From Syntrophobacterales bacterium (GTDB taxonomy: Bacteria > Desulfobacterota > Syntrophia > Syntrophales > UBA8958), in assembly GCA_018056545.1 (NCBI GenBank), contig JAGPFL010000001.1, positions 11,574 through 75,573 on the forward strand: 64,000 nt of DNA, read 5' to 3'. The notes beneath the pieces were generated by a model. The model was given only the letters and a program-made list of their open reading frames with translations. It was not told the DNA's origin and did no database searches. This document shows, piece by piece, positions 18,420-27,431 of this stretch (the stretch's first letter is position 1; each line of letters begins with the position of its first letter). The position numbers and the translations under genes are program-made.

Positions 18420-19373
18420 CTATTCCCTTGCCAGTTCCCGGCGGATATGCTCCCGTTCGATGGCCTTGTACAATTTCCGGTACAGCAGCAGGGCGCCCCC
18501 CTCCCAGCGGTCGGTGAGGAAGCGGGCCCAGAAAAGCCAGCAGGGCCGGGCGGCGGGGAAGAAAACCAGATCCGCCAAGAGGTATTTGAGCCGGGCGAGT
18601 CCCGGGACGCCGAGATAGAAACCGAGGCCCGCCAGTTCCTTTTTCAGGCCGGGGGCGCGTTTGTACCATACGGCCAGGGAAGTGCCGCTTTTCTTGGCGA
18701 TGCCGAGAAAGTCCGCTTCCGTGAGGTAGTGATCGTGATACCCCAGGGAGGCGGGATGGTAGAGAATCCGCAGGCCGTGATGGGAGAGACGTTCGCCGAG
18801 TTCCACGTCGTCGTTGTATCGGAGTGATTCGTCGTAAATCCCGAACTTGTCGAGGAAGGACTTCTTTACGGAGAGATTGCAGGTGATGAAGGACCGCCAG
18901 TCCAACTCCCGGCGTCCCTCCCACTGGGCGTAGGTCTCATCGAGGTGGAGGGTGGCGAAGATGTTCCAGGGAATCTCCCGGGAACGGGTGACCCGGCCCA
19001 GAACGGCGACATTCTCCTCAGGATGGGCCTCGTGGCAGCGGTAATGTTCGCCCACCATATCCGGTGCGGCGATGGTGTCGTCGTTGATAAACAGGAGGAG
19101 GTTGCCCCGGGCGACGGCCATGGCGCGGTTCCGGGCGGCGTTTTGCCCGCTGTTGGGTTGCTTCAGGTATGTGAGCCGTTCCCCGAAGACCTCGGACCGG
19201 AATCTGGCGGCGACGGCGGTTGTGTCGTCCCGGGAGCCGTCATCGACGACGATCATCTCGAAGCGCGCCGCGGGCAGGGTCTGGGCGTGGAGGGCCGCCA
19301 GACACTTTTCCAGGATGTCGCAGCGATTGTAAGTGGGAATGATCACGGAAATGTAAAAACCATCTTCACTCAT
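18420..19373 (-). CDS. Glycosyltransferase family 2
   Basis: 317 aa. ISVIIPTYNR...IVVDDGSRDDT. Confidence 0.8.
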   Translation of the reverse strand: MSEDGFYISVIIPTYNRCDILEKCLAALHAQTLPAARFEMIVVDDGSRDDTTAVAARFRSEVFGERLTYLKQPNSGQNAARNRAMAVARGNLLLFINDDTIAAPDMVGEHYRCHEAHPEENVAVLGRVTRSREIPWNIFATLHLDETYAQWEGRRELDWRSFITCNLSVKKSFLDKFGIYDESLRYNDDVELGERLSHHGLRILYHPASLGYHDHYLTEADFLGIAKKSGTSLAVWYKRAPGLKKELAGLGFYLGVPGLARLKYLLADLVFFPAARPCWLFWARFLTDRWEGGALLLYRKLYKAIEREHIRRELARE

Positions 19374-20316
19374 CGCCTCTGCCCCCCTTGCGGATCAGAA
19401 ACATAAAGTAATCCCACATCTGCCGGGCCCGTTGCCGTTCCCGATCCCGCCCCGTCCGCAGATATATAGCATAATAAAGAAAAGAGCGCAGCAGAAGACC
19501 GGCGGAAAAAATCACATCGAAACAGATCCGGGGCTCTCGGGGGTGGAAGAGGCCGTACATGCGGCGGAGGTTCTGGAGCCAGAGATTGGCAAAGCCCGCC
19601 GGCTTACCCTTCCGGCCGCTCATGCCCACGAGATGGACGATGACGAACTGGGGGAGATAATAGACTTCATAGCCGTGATCCCGGACCCGGCAGCCCCATT
19701 CCACGTCTTCGGCATACATGAAGAGGCTCTCGTCCAGGAGCCCCACCTTTTCCAGGACATCCCGGCGGGTCATCAGGGCGGCGCCGCTGATCCAGTCCAC
19801 GGCCAGGGGACCGGCAAGGCGGCCTTCGTTGAGAAACAGGCCCGGGCAGCCCCGGGGGAAGTATCGGGAGAGGAAGAAGGAATAACAAAAGACGGTACGC
19901 AGGGAGGGACGAAAACCGGCGTCGCCTACCCAGCGTCGGCCGTCGGCGGTGACGAGGCGGCAGCCGCTGGCCCCGATCTCGGGCCGGGTGTCCAGAAAGG
20001 CGAGCCAGAGGCGGAAGATGCCGGGATCGGGGACAACGGTGTCGGAATTGAGGAGGAGGATGTATTTTCCCCGGGCTGTCCGGATCGCCTGGTTGTTCGC
20101 CCGGGCGAAGCCGACGTTGTCACTGTTTTGCAGGAGCCGCACCGCAGGGAAGTCCCGGGCGACCATTTCCGCAGAACCGTCCTGGGAGGCGTTGTCGACG
20201 ACGATGATCTCCCGGGGTACCTCCGGATCCTCGTCCCCGAGGGAGGCCAGACAGTCCCGGAGGAGCTCCCGGGTGTTCCAGTTGACGATGATCACCGACA
20301 GTCGGAAATCGGTCAT
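19366..20316 (-). CDS. Glycosyltransferase family 2
   Basis: 316 aa. LSVIIVNWNTRELL...IIVVDNASQDGS...LLNSDT. Overlaps the next gene by 8 nt. Confidence 0.8.
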   Translation of the reverse strand: MTDFRLSVIIVNWNTRELLRDCLASLGDEDPEVPREIIVVDNASQDGSAEMVARDFPAVRLLQNSDNVGFARANNQAIRTARGKYILLLNSDTVVPDPGIFRLWLAFLDTRPEIGASGCRLVTADGRRWVGDAGFRPSLRTVFCYSFFLSRYFPRGCPGLFLNEGRLAGPLAVDWISGAALMTRRDVLEKVGLLDESLFMYAEDVEWGCRVRDHGYEVYYLPQFVIVHLVGMSGRKGKPAGFANLWLQNLRRMYGLFHPREPRICFDVIFSAGLLLRSFLYYAIYLRTGRDRERQRARQMWDYFMFLIRKGGRGDE

Positions 20317-20320
20317 GAGC

Positions 20321-21841
20321 TTACGGGGCGGCCGGCGCCTTGTTTTGCGCTTCCGCGGCGCCGCCGGGTGTTTTCATGAGGCTTACGGCGCCGGCGATGC
20401 CGAAGAAGGTGTAAACCAGGGTGGAAAGACTCATGAGCATCCGGTAGCCGGGGTCGAAGAGACCATGGATCATCTGGGCGAGCAGGCCGGCGGAGATCCC
20501 GATGAGGACCGCGGACTGCCATTCATCCAGACGGTTGCGCGCCCGGAAGGCCACCAGAAAGACGGCGAGAAACATCCAAACAAAGGCCATAAGACCGAAG
20601 ATCCCCATTTCCCCCCCGACGAGGAGATACATGTTGTGCACCACGTGGGAATAACCGCGGAGAATCCGGGAGCCGCCGGAGATGTCGTACTTTTTGAACG
20701 CCGGGGCGAAATTGTTGACCCCGATGCCCGTGAGGGGGAACTGTTTGATGATGGACAGGGCCGCCATATTCAAGGGGATTCGGGATCGGGCGGAACCGTA
20801 ATCTTCGTAATAGAAACGCTTCTGGATCGTCGGGTAGTAGGCGTAGAGGAACATGACGGCGAACATGGCGAATGCCCCGACGATCAAAACGGTCTGGGCG
20901 CGGAAGATGCGGCGCCGCAGAGTCAGGATGAAGACCAGGGGCAGCGAGACCGGCAGGGTGAGCCAGGCGGCCCGGGAGAGGGTGGTGACGATACCCACCA
21001 TGCCGAGAGCGAAAGCGACAAAATACCAGATCTTCAAGGAGGTTTTCTTCTCGATCAAGGTCATGGCCAAGGTCAGGGGCAGGAGGATTTCGAAGAAGTA
21101 CGCCAGGGTGTTGGGATGACCGATGGTGCCCGTGGCCCGACTGATCATCCCCCCGAGCAACTGACCGACGATGGACTGCTCCCCCAGGAACCTCAAGCCC
21201 AGATTCTCCCCGGTCCGGTACTGAATGATGGCGAGGACGGCCTGGGAAAAAACGCCGAAGCTCAATAAAAACAGCAGTATGCGTATGTGACGCTCCTCCT
21301 TGAGGTTCATGATGACAAAGAAGACCAGGATCAGGACCAGGGTCCGGACGATTTCAAAGAGGCTGAGGATCTTGTCGTCCGCGGCGCTGACGCTCCAGAG
21401 CATGGCGGCGAAGAAGAAGAAATGGGGCCATAGGAGGGTGGAATTGTATTGGAAAATCGGCCGTTGTTGCGACTTCAACCCTTTGTAGACCATGATGAGG
21501 AGCAGCAGAAGGATAGAGACGTGGATCGCCGAGATATCGATGCCGATGGCGCCGCCGACGTGTTCCTTGCGGTAGAAGAAACCGAGATTGATGCGGACGG
21601 GGATGGCCAGGGCGAAGACGACGAGGAAGTAGTCGAAGAGCTTGTCGCTGCTCTGCATCGTCAGGGCCAGGGAGAAGATGGCGATGGCCCCGAAGACGCC
21701 GAAGAGATACTTGAATTCCAGTTCGCTGAAATAGACGGCCAGGGGCAGGGCGAGCAGCCCGGCAAGCAGATAGAGGAATATCCCCGGCCACCTGAGTTTG
21801 TTTTCCGGCGGTGGCGCCGCCGGTGAGACAATCTGATTCAT
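20321..21841 (-). CDS. O-antigen ligase-like / Wzy-type polysaccharide polymerase
   Basis: 506 aa, at least 10 TM. Wzy_C-like loop region around TLSRAAWLTLPV. Confidence 0.7.
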   Translation of the reverse strand: MNQIVSPAAPPPENKLRWPGIFLYLLAGLLALPLAVYFSELEFKYLFGVFGAIAIFSLALTMQSSDKLFDYFLVVFALAIPVRINLGFFYRKEHVGGAIGIDISAIHVSILLLLLIMVYKGLKSQQRPIFQYNSTLLWPHFFFFAAMLWSVSAADDKILSLFEIVRTLVLILVFFVIMNLKEERHIRILLFLLSFGVFSQAVLAIIQYRTGENLGLRFLGEQSIVGQLLGGMISRATGTIGHPNTLAYFFEILLPLTLAMTLIEKKTSLKIWYFVAFALGMVGIVTTLSRAAWLTLPVSLPLVFILTLRRRIFRAQTVLIVGAFAMFAVMFLYAYYPTIQKRFYYEDYGSARSRIPLNMAALSIIKQFPLTGIGVNNFAPAFKKYDISGGSRILRGYSHVVHNMYLLVGGEMGIFGLMAFVWMFLAVFLVAFRARNRLDEWQSAVLIGISAGLLAQMIHGLFDPGYRMLMSLSTLVYTFFGIAGAVSLMKTPGGAAEAQNKAPAAP

Positions 21842-21847
21842 GAGAGT

Positions 21848-22564
21848 TTACAGATATTTGTAAATCTGTTCGGGGATAAAGAAATGCTTACGGTTCAAAA
21901 TGGCGCCGATGATGTTCGTGCCCGTCATCTGTAGGTATTTCTTCGCGATTCCGGCAACTTCCCAGCTTGTGGACTCGTGTTCGATGACCAGGATCACGCC
22001 GTCCGTGCGGCTGGCCAGGAGGGACGATTCGGGATACCGTACCAGCGGTGAGCCGTCGATGATGATGAACGGAAAGATCCGCCGCAGCTCGTCGAGACGG
22101 GTCTGAAATGCCTGGGACTGGAAGAAGATGGTGGGGTTGGGCACCGGCCGGCCGGCGGGCAGAAAATGAAAGCTCGGTGCGGTAGGCCGCCCGTGGACAG
22201 AAACGTCCGTCTCTTCCAGGTTTATCTTGAGCATGATCTCTTCGATATTCAGCCCTTCTTCCACCATGTCCGTCAGCCCCTTTTCCCGGGGAACGCCGAA
22301 ATGGGCATGGAGGCTGGGGTTGCGGAGGTTGCCGTCGATAAGCAGGGCCCTTTTGGCGGAATCGTGGGCATAGGAATATACCAGATTCAGGGAGATGGTG
22401 CTGGCACCTTCGCCGATATTGGCGGCGCTGATGAGCAGGACATGACTCTCCTTGGCTTTGAAACCGGGCAGATTGATGATCACCCGGTAAAACTGATCGA
22501 ACATGTGGGTCATTACCGGGAGGCGGGGCGAGTATTCCGGGATGGTGGTTTTCTTCCCTCTCAC
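21848..22564 (-). CDS. CpsD/CapB (BY-kinase)-like P-loop protein with degenerate Walker A
   Basis: 238 aa. Overall order matches BY-kinase catalytic domains: Walker A region SAANIGEGASTISLNL, A'-like LLIDGNLRNPSL, Walker B FIIIDGSPL. The codon at the invariant P-loop Lys position is GCC (Ala), checked on the DNA. Confidence 0.7.
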   Translation of the reverse strand: MRGKKTTIPEYSPRLPVMTHMFDQFYRVIINLPGFKAKESHVLLISAANIGEGASTISLNLVYSYAHDSAKRALLIDGNLRNPSLHAHFGVPREKGLTDMVEEGLNIEEIMLKINLEETDVSVHGRPTAPSFHFLPAGRPVPNPTIFFQSQAFQTRLDELRRIFPFIIIDGSPLVRYPESSLLASRTDGVILVIEHESTSWEVAGIAKKYLQMTGTNIIGAILNRKHFFIPEQIYKYL

Positions 22565-22576
22565 AGTGAAGCCTTT

Positions 22577-24544
22577 CTATTTATTCTTTTTCCCACGCTT
22601 GGGTGCCGGTTTGTCGTCGTCAATGATTTCGATATTGGTCATGTTGATCCGGCCGGTGCTCTTTTCCGGCGGCCAGAGGTCATGACGTTTCTCGGTGATA
22701 TAGGCCCCGGTGCGTTTGACGGGTTCCGGGGACGCCGTCTCCAGGGGCCGGGTTTCCTTCACCGCCGGTTGTGATGCGGCTCCGGAAATCACGTCCGGTG
22801 CCGCCGGCCTTTCTTGCGGTTCCCTAACCGAATCGGCGGCCGCGGGTGCCGTGACGGGCGGCACCTCGGTCCTTTCAGGGCTGCTGTACCGAGGCTGCTC
22901 GGGTAGGGGCGGTGCCGCTGTCGGCGCCGCCAGCCGCTGCTGCGTCGGCGCCGTCACCATGAGATGATAGACGAAAATCGCTCCGACAACGATCAGGGCC
23001 GTAGTGGCCGCCGGGGCCGCCCGGCTTACAGAGAAGCGCGCCCGGGAGGTCCTCCGGTCGCCTTGTTCCCCTTCTCCGGCCTCCTCCCTTCCCGTCCCCG
23101 CCACGATCGGGACAGTCATGAGGAGGGGGATGCCGAGGATGGCGGCGACATCGTCGTCGTCCTTGAAGGTATGGCTGAAGAACTCGTGGACTGCCGCCAG
23201 GGAGATGGCGAAGAAGAGTCCCAAGAGGCAGGCCAGACCGATGATCAAAGTATAATTGGGGAAAAAGGCCTTGAAGGGTACGATCGCCGGATTGACGATC
23301 CGGACGCTGGAGATCTTCCGGGTGTCCAGGTCGTCGGAGATCCGCAAATCTTCCGCCTTTTTCTTGTAGATGGCGTAATTGGCCTCGGTGATTTCCTTCT
23401 GTCTCTCCAGTTGCCGCAGTTTCGTCGTCAGACCGTTGATCTCCTCCAGTTGCTTCTTCTGGGCGGTCCACTCCTTGTAAAGGCTGTCCTTCTTGGCGCC
23501 AGCCATGGCCACTTCCGTGTTGATGATGTTGAGGAGGCTGTCCGTCTTCTGCTTCCGCAGTCCGTTGAGTTGGCGGTCCACGCTCTGCACCTCGTTGGAT
23601 TTGACGGTGTAGTTCTTCAGCAGCCGATCCCTTTCCACCTTGAGGCGGAAGTACTGCTGATCGAGGGCGGCCAGATAGGCCAGCTTGTCGGCGTTGGGCG
23701 ATCCCAGCTCCGGTGTTTCGATCCAGCCGTCGGGGCGGGCGGACATCTTTTTCACGCTGTTGAGTTTTGTGACCCCCTGCTCGAAGATCACGCGATTGGC
23801 CACGTATTCCGCCTCGAGATCGCTGATCCGTTTCAGGAGCAGTTCCTTCTGCAGGGAAAGGTTGGCGATGTTGGTGTCGTTGAGGAAGGTCTGCAGTTCC
23901 GCTTCTGCCTTCTTCAGGAGGCCGTCGTAGAGGTCGAGCTGTTCCAGGTAGAACCGATAGGTCTGCTTCGATTCATGGACCTTGGTGTGCTGGGTAATGT
24001 ATTCGTCGGCGTAGGCGTTGGCGGCGAGGGCGGCGAAAGCGGGATCGGTCCACCGGAAGGAGATGTTGAGCATGTCCGTGTCTTCGATATAAGTCACCCT
24101 TACGGCTTTGGTAAATGCGGCGACGAGACCCTTCTCGTCAAAGACCTTCCGGTGCATTCCGAAAAACTCCAGGAGCTTGTCACCCATGCTAGGAATGAGG
24201 CCCTCCTTTTTCTTCTGCCGTTCGATGTCTTCCCGCATCCGCTGGACGACCTTCTGGGCAAGGAATTCTCCCTTGATGAGTTCGACCTCGTTGTGGATAT
24301 TGGCCGAGCGCTCCTGGAAGAGGATGTTGTAGTTTTCCGGGCGGTACTGCTCCATGCCCGCAAACTGGGCCTTGCCGAGCTTCACGATGATCTTGGTTTC
24401 CGCCATGTAGAGCGGCGAGACGAAGAGGCAGTAGAGAGTGGAAGAAACGAGGGCAAAGAGGAACACCGAGACGATGAGCGCCTTGTTCTTGAAGAGGATG
24501 TAGGCGATATCCTTGGCGGAAAATGCCTTTTTCTTTTCTTCCAT
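22577..24544 (-). CDS. Polysaccharide co-polymerase (Wzz/GumC chain-length determinant family) with unusual C-terminal extension
   Basis: 655 aa. N-terminal TM, Wzz motif SPLYMAETKIIV, long coiled-coil region, second TM and the usual ILGIPLL end. After that come an extra TM and a Pro/Ala-rich tail. Confidence 0.8.
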   Translation of the reverse strand: MEEKKKAFSAKDIAYILFKNKALIVSVFLFALVSSTLYCLFVSPLYMAETKIIVKLGKAQFAGMEQYRPENYNILFQERSANIHNEVELIKGEFLAQKVVQRMREDIERQKKKEGLIPSMGDKLLEFFGMHRKVFDEKGLVAAFTKAVRVTYIEDTDMLNISFRWTDPAFAALAANAYADEYITQHTKVHESKQTYRFYLEQLDLYDGLLKKAEAELQTFLNDTNIANLSLQKELLLKRISDLEAEYVANRVIFEQGVTKLNSVKKMSARPDGWIETPELGSPNADKLAYLAALDQQYFRLKVERDRLLKNYTVKSNEVQSVDRQLNGLRKQKTDSLLNIINTEVAMAGAKKDSLYKEWTAQKKQLEEINGLTTKLRQLERQKEITEANYAIYKKKAEDLRISDDLDTRKISSVRIVNPAIVPFKAFFPNYTLIIGLACLLGLFFAISLAAVHEFFSHTFKDDDDVAAILGIPLLMTVPIVAGTGREEAGEGEQGDRRTSRARFSVSRAAPAATTALIVVGAIFVYHLMVTAPTQQRLAAPTAAPPLPEQPRYSSPERTEVPPVTAPAAADSVREPQERPAAPDVISGAASQPAVKETRPLETASPEPVKRTGAYITEKRHDLWPPEKSTGRINMTNIEIIDDDKPAPKRGKKNK

Positions 24545-24579
24545 CCTTGCAGTCTCCCTCGCTCAGGTTCGTGTTGTCG

Positions 24580-25671
24580 TTAATAACGTTCAAACGGTAC
24601 GGGCACCTTGTGAACCTCATAGGTAAAGGAAAGATTGGCGCCCTGCCATAACAAAAGCTGCCTTATGTATTGATCTACAAATTGATCGGCCTTGGCGATG
24701 GCCGTCTTGGGAACATAGACAACACTGTTGTTGGGCAGCACGATATCCTCTTCCGTCTTGGCGCCCAGGAGGACGTTTTCCAGATTGATCGTGCGGACCG
24801 TGGCCTGGTTGCTTTCGTTCCAGTAGAGGACCTTGACCTTTTCCAGGGATCCCGTGGATAGAACGTTGCCCGTAAAGGCGATGGCCTGGAGGACCGTGAG
24901 GGGCTGGCTCATGGGCACCGGCCCGGGTCGGGCCACCTCGCCGAAGACGAATACCCGGTTGCCCGCCACGCTCTCCACAAGGACGGAAATCTCGATATTG
25001 CCGAAGCCGCGCTTGTATTCCCGGGAGAGTTCGTCCCGGACGTCGTCGGCGGTCCGACCGGCGGCACGGATGCTCTTGAGCAGCGGCGGATAGATCTTGC
25101 CGTCCGGGGCGATGGTGAGAAGCCGGGCCTGGCCGCGGGGGGCGTTGGTGACGGCCTTTTGCAATTCCGAGATATGAGAGGAGAATTTGTTGACGTTCAC
25201 CGTCACCAGGGGATCCTGAAGGATGTCGGCATAGGCCTGACCGATGATGCGGGCCAGCTCCGGAGGCTTGAGCCCCGCCGCCCGGAAGTCCCCCTTGATG
25301 GGCATGGTGATCTTGCCGTCCGGCCTGATCACCAGGGTACGGTTGAGCTGGGGATGATAATAGAACTCCACGTTGATCTCGTCGTTAACCCCGAGGTTGT
25401 ATTCCTCGGCCTGGGGCACCAGGGAGATGTGGTACATCACCTCGATCTGATCCCCCGGCGCCAGCCGGTAACGCTGGAGACCCTCTTTGATCCTGCCGGC
25501 GATATCGGCCCGGATCTTGGTCTTTTCGATGTCGCTGAGCTGATCGACGTAATTTTTTGTCCCATTGGCGGTATGTTGATGGGTCCGCACGGTCGTACAA
25601 CCGGTAATGGCAAGAAATAACAACGGGAGCATCAGGGATAGAAGAGAAATTTGCCTGTTCATAGCCTCCAA
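24580..25671 (-). CDS. Outer-membrane polysaccharide export lipoprotein (Wza/OPX-like, Poly_export + SLBB)
   Basis: 363 aa. Lipobox LFLAITGC and Poly_export-type YRLAPGDQIEV. The start is ambiguous (TTG 25671 or ATG 25662). Confidence 0.75.
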   Translation of the reverse strand: MEAMNRQISLLSLMLPLLFLAITGCTTVRTHQHTANGTKNYVDQLSDIEKTKIRADIAGRIKEGLQRYRLAPGDQIEVMYHISLVPQAEEYNLGVNDEINVEFYYHPQLNRTLVIRPDGKITMPIKGDFRAAGLKPPELARIIGQAYADILQDPLVTVNVNKFSSHISELQKAVTNAPRGQARLLTIAPDGKIYPPLLKSIRAAGRTADDVRDELSREYKRGFGNIEISVLVESVAGNRVFVFGEVARPGPVPMSQPLTVLQAIAFTGNVLSTGSLEKVKVLYWNESNQATVRTINLENVLLGAKTEEDIVLPNNSVVYVPKTAIAKADQFVDQYIRQLLLWQGANLSFTYEVHKVPVPFERY

Positions 25672-25967
25672 TCAGATCTATCTGCTGCCGCTTGAGGATA
25701 GGTTCGATAACTGTCTCGTGAAAACCATCTTCGCTGCTGGAGATTCGCAACGGTCCGGCATCCCCGGGCAAAGTCGCTGTGTCTGCGGTCGTCGAGGAAG
25801 CATTCGACAATGGTAATCCTAAATAACATTTCGCTGCCAGGCAAGCAAGAAAAAATCACGGGACGGAAAATAAAAACCCCCCTCTTTTCCATTGAGAGAA
25901 GTCCTGGGATGTGGTAGAAAAAACCAATTTCTTTACCTTCAATTCTAAGACAAAAGGTGCATAAGCA

Positions 25968-26771
25968 ATGAAGAAGACATTGGTGTTTATCGTCATCGTC
26001 CTTTTGGCGGCAGCGGCGTCCTGGGCGGATGAGCCTGCCGCGGGAGGGGCGAGAAACTTCAAGAACAGGCAGGGGATGTCTTTCGTCCTCATTCCCGCCG
26101 GCAGTTACATGATGGGGTCGCCGCCGGGTGAACGGGAGGGTGACCGCCGCGAGCGATACCACCGGGCCACGATCACCATGCCTTTTTATCTTCAGACCAC
26201 GGAGGTCACCCAGGAACAATGGGAGGCGGTAATGGGATACAATCCCTCCTTCTTCAAGGACTGCGGCGGCAGTTGTCCGGTGGAGCAGGTCAGTTGGCAG
26301 GAGGTTCAGGAGTTCATCCGTCGCCTCAACCGGCTGGAAAACAGCGACAAATACCGGCTGCCCACAGAGGCGGAATGGGAGTATGCCGCCCGGGCCGGCA
26401 CGACCACCGTTTTCAATACCGGCCCCTGTCTGCTTACGGACCAGGCGAATTACAACGGCGATTTTCCCCTCGCCGGATGCCCCCGGGGGGAGTACCGCGC
26501 CCGGCCCATGCCCGCGGCGAGTTTTCCTCCCAATCAGTGGGGCCTTTACGATATGCACGGGAACGTCAGCGAATGGGTCCAGGATGGGAATGGTTCGTAT
26601 CCCGCCGGGGAGGCCACGGACTATAGAGGGGCTGATCAGGGCAGCACGCGGGTGTTTCGCGGCGGTGATTGGAGCCACGATGCCTGGTCCTGCCGGTCGG
26701 CGGGCCGCTTCGCCGGTCATCCCGCCGGAGGGGACAACTATCTGGGTTTGCGACTCCTGAGGACGCCGTGA
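25968..26771 (+). CDS. Secreted FGE-sulfatase-domain (SUMF1/EgtB/PvdO family) protein, paralog 1
   Basis: 267 aa with signal peptide. Motifs MSFVLIPAGSYMMGS, CPVEQVSW, RLPTEAEWEYAARAG, WGLYDMHGNVSEWV, RGGDW, LGLRLLR. Confidence 0.8.
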   Translation: MKKTLVFIVIVLLAAAASWADEPAAGGARNFKNRQGMSFVLIPAGSYMMGSPPGEREGDRRERYHRATITMPFYLQTTEVTQEQWEAVMGYNPSFFKDCGGSCPVEQVSWQEVQEFIRRLNRLENSDKYRLPTEAEWEYAARAGTTTVFNTGPCLLTDQANYNGDFPLAGCPRGEYRARPMPAASFPPNQWGLYDMHGNVSEWVQDGNGSYPAGEATDYRGADQGSTRVFRGGDWSHDAWSCRSAGRFAGHPAGGDNYLGLRLLRTP

Positions 26772-26785
26772 ATTACCTATCGGTC

Positions 26786-27421
26786 ATGAAAGGGGCGGCG
26801 GTTTTCGTCTGCCTGGTCTTCCTGTCGATCACCGCGCCGGAAATGGCCGCGGCCATTTCGCCGGAGGCGGAAGGCGGCAGTGCCGCGGCGGCGAGAAGCC
26901 AATCTTGGCAGTACATCGACCAAAAAGCCCGGGCCGCCGGGGAGGCCAAAATCCGGACGCTTCCCCTTCAGCCGGAGCGGGGAAAGACGGTGCCGGTACA
27001 GGAAAAGACCATTGCTCCCGCCCCCCAGGCGACAGTGGCTCACGTCGATCTCTTCCGGGATGTCTTTTTCACCGTCAACAGTCATGCCATCAATCCGCGG
27101 GATCAGGAACGTCTCCGCCGACTGGCGGCCTGGCTCCGGGAAAACAGGTCGGTGAAACTTACCGTTGTGGGACATTGCGACGAACGGGGTAGCCGGAACT
27201 ACAATCTGGTCTTGGGAAAGAAAAGGGCCGAAGTGGTGAAGGATTTCCTCATCCAGTCCGGGGCCGATCCGGAGAGGATAGCAACGCTCTCCCAAGGCAA
27301 GGACAAACCTTTCGATCGCCGGCGAACCAAGGCAGCGCGGGCATCGAACCGGCGGGTTCATTTTATGTTCACACCGGCGACGGTGACCGGAGAAGGGGTA
27401 AAGAGCGGTGTGGCGAGATAG
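26786..27421 (+). CDS. OmpA-C/Pal-like peptidoglycan-binding protein
   Basis: ORF 26669..27421, with the start moved to ATG 26786 (signal MKGAAVFVCLVFL). C-terminal VVGHCDERGSRNYNLVLGKKRAEVVKDFL...GKDKP. Confidence 0.75.
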   Translation: MKGAAVFVCLVFLSITAPEMAAAISPEAEGGSAAAARSQSWQYIDQKARAAGEAKIRTLPLQPERGKTVPVQEKTIAPAPQATVAHVDLFRDVFFTVNSHAINPRDQERLRRLAAWLRENRSVKLTVVGHCDERGSRNYNLVLGKKRAEVVKDFLIQSGADPERIATLSQGKDKPFDRRRTKAARASNRRVHFMFTPATVTGEGVKSGVAR

Positions 27422-27431
27422 GATCACTCTC

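Noticed and set aside
22964-24583. 539-aa plus-strand ORF antisense to the co-polymerase gene
   Set aside because: Mirror-frame ORF. The translation has no recognisable domain, and the minus strand encodes a textbook Wzz/GumC-type protein.
25823-25840. Sigma54-like TGGCAG-N5-TGTTA on the minus strand upstream of the exporter gene
   Set aside because: The -24 GG is present, but the -12 element lacks the conserved GC (TGTT instead of TTGC). This is insufficient to call.
25659-26720. 353-aa minus-strand ORF across the first FGE-domain gene
   Set aside because: It is antisense to a gene with strong family motifs and a signal peptide. Its own translation is Arg/Gly/Pro-rich without features.
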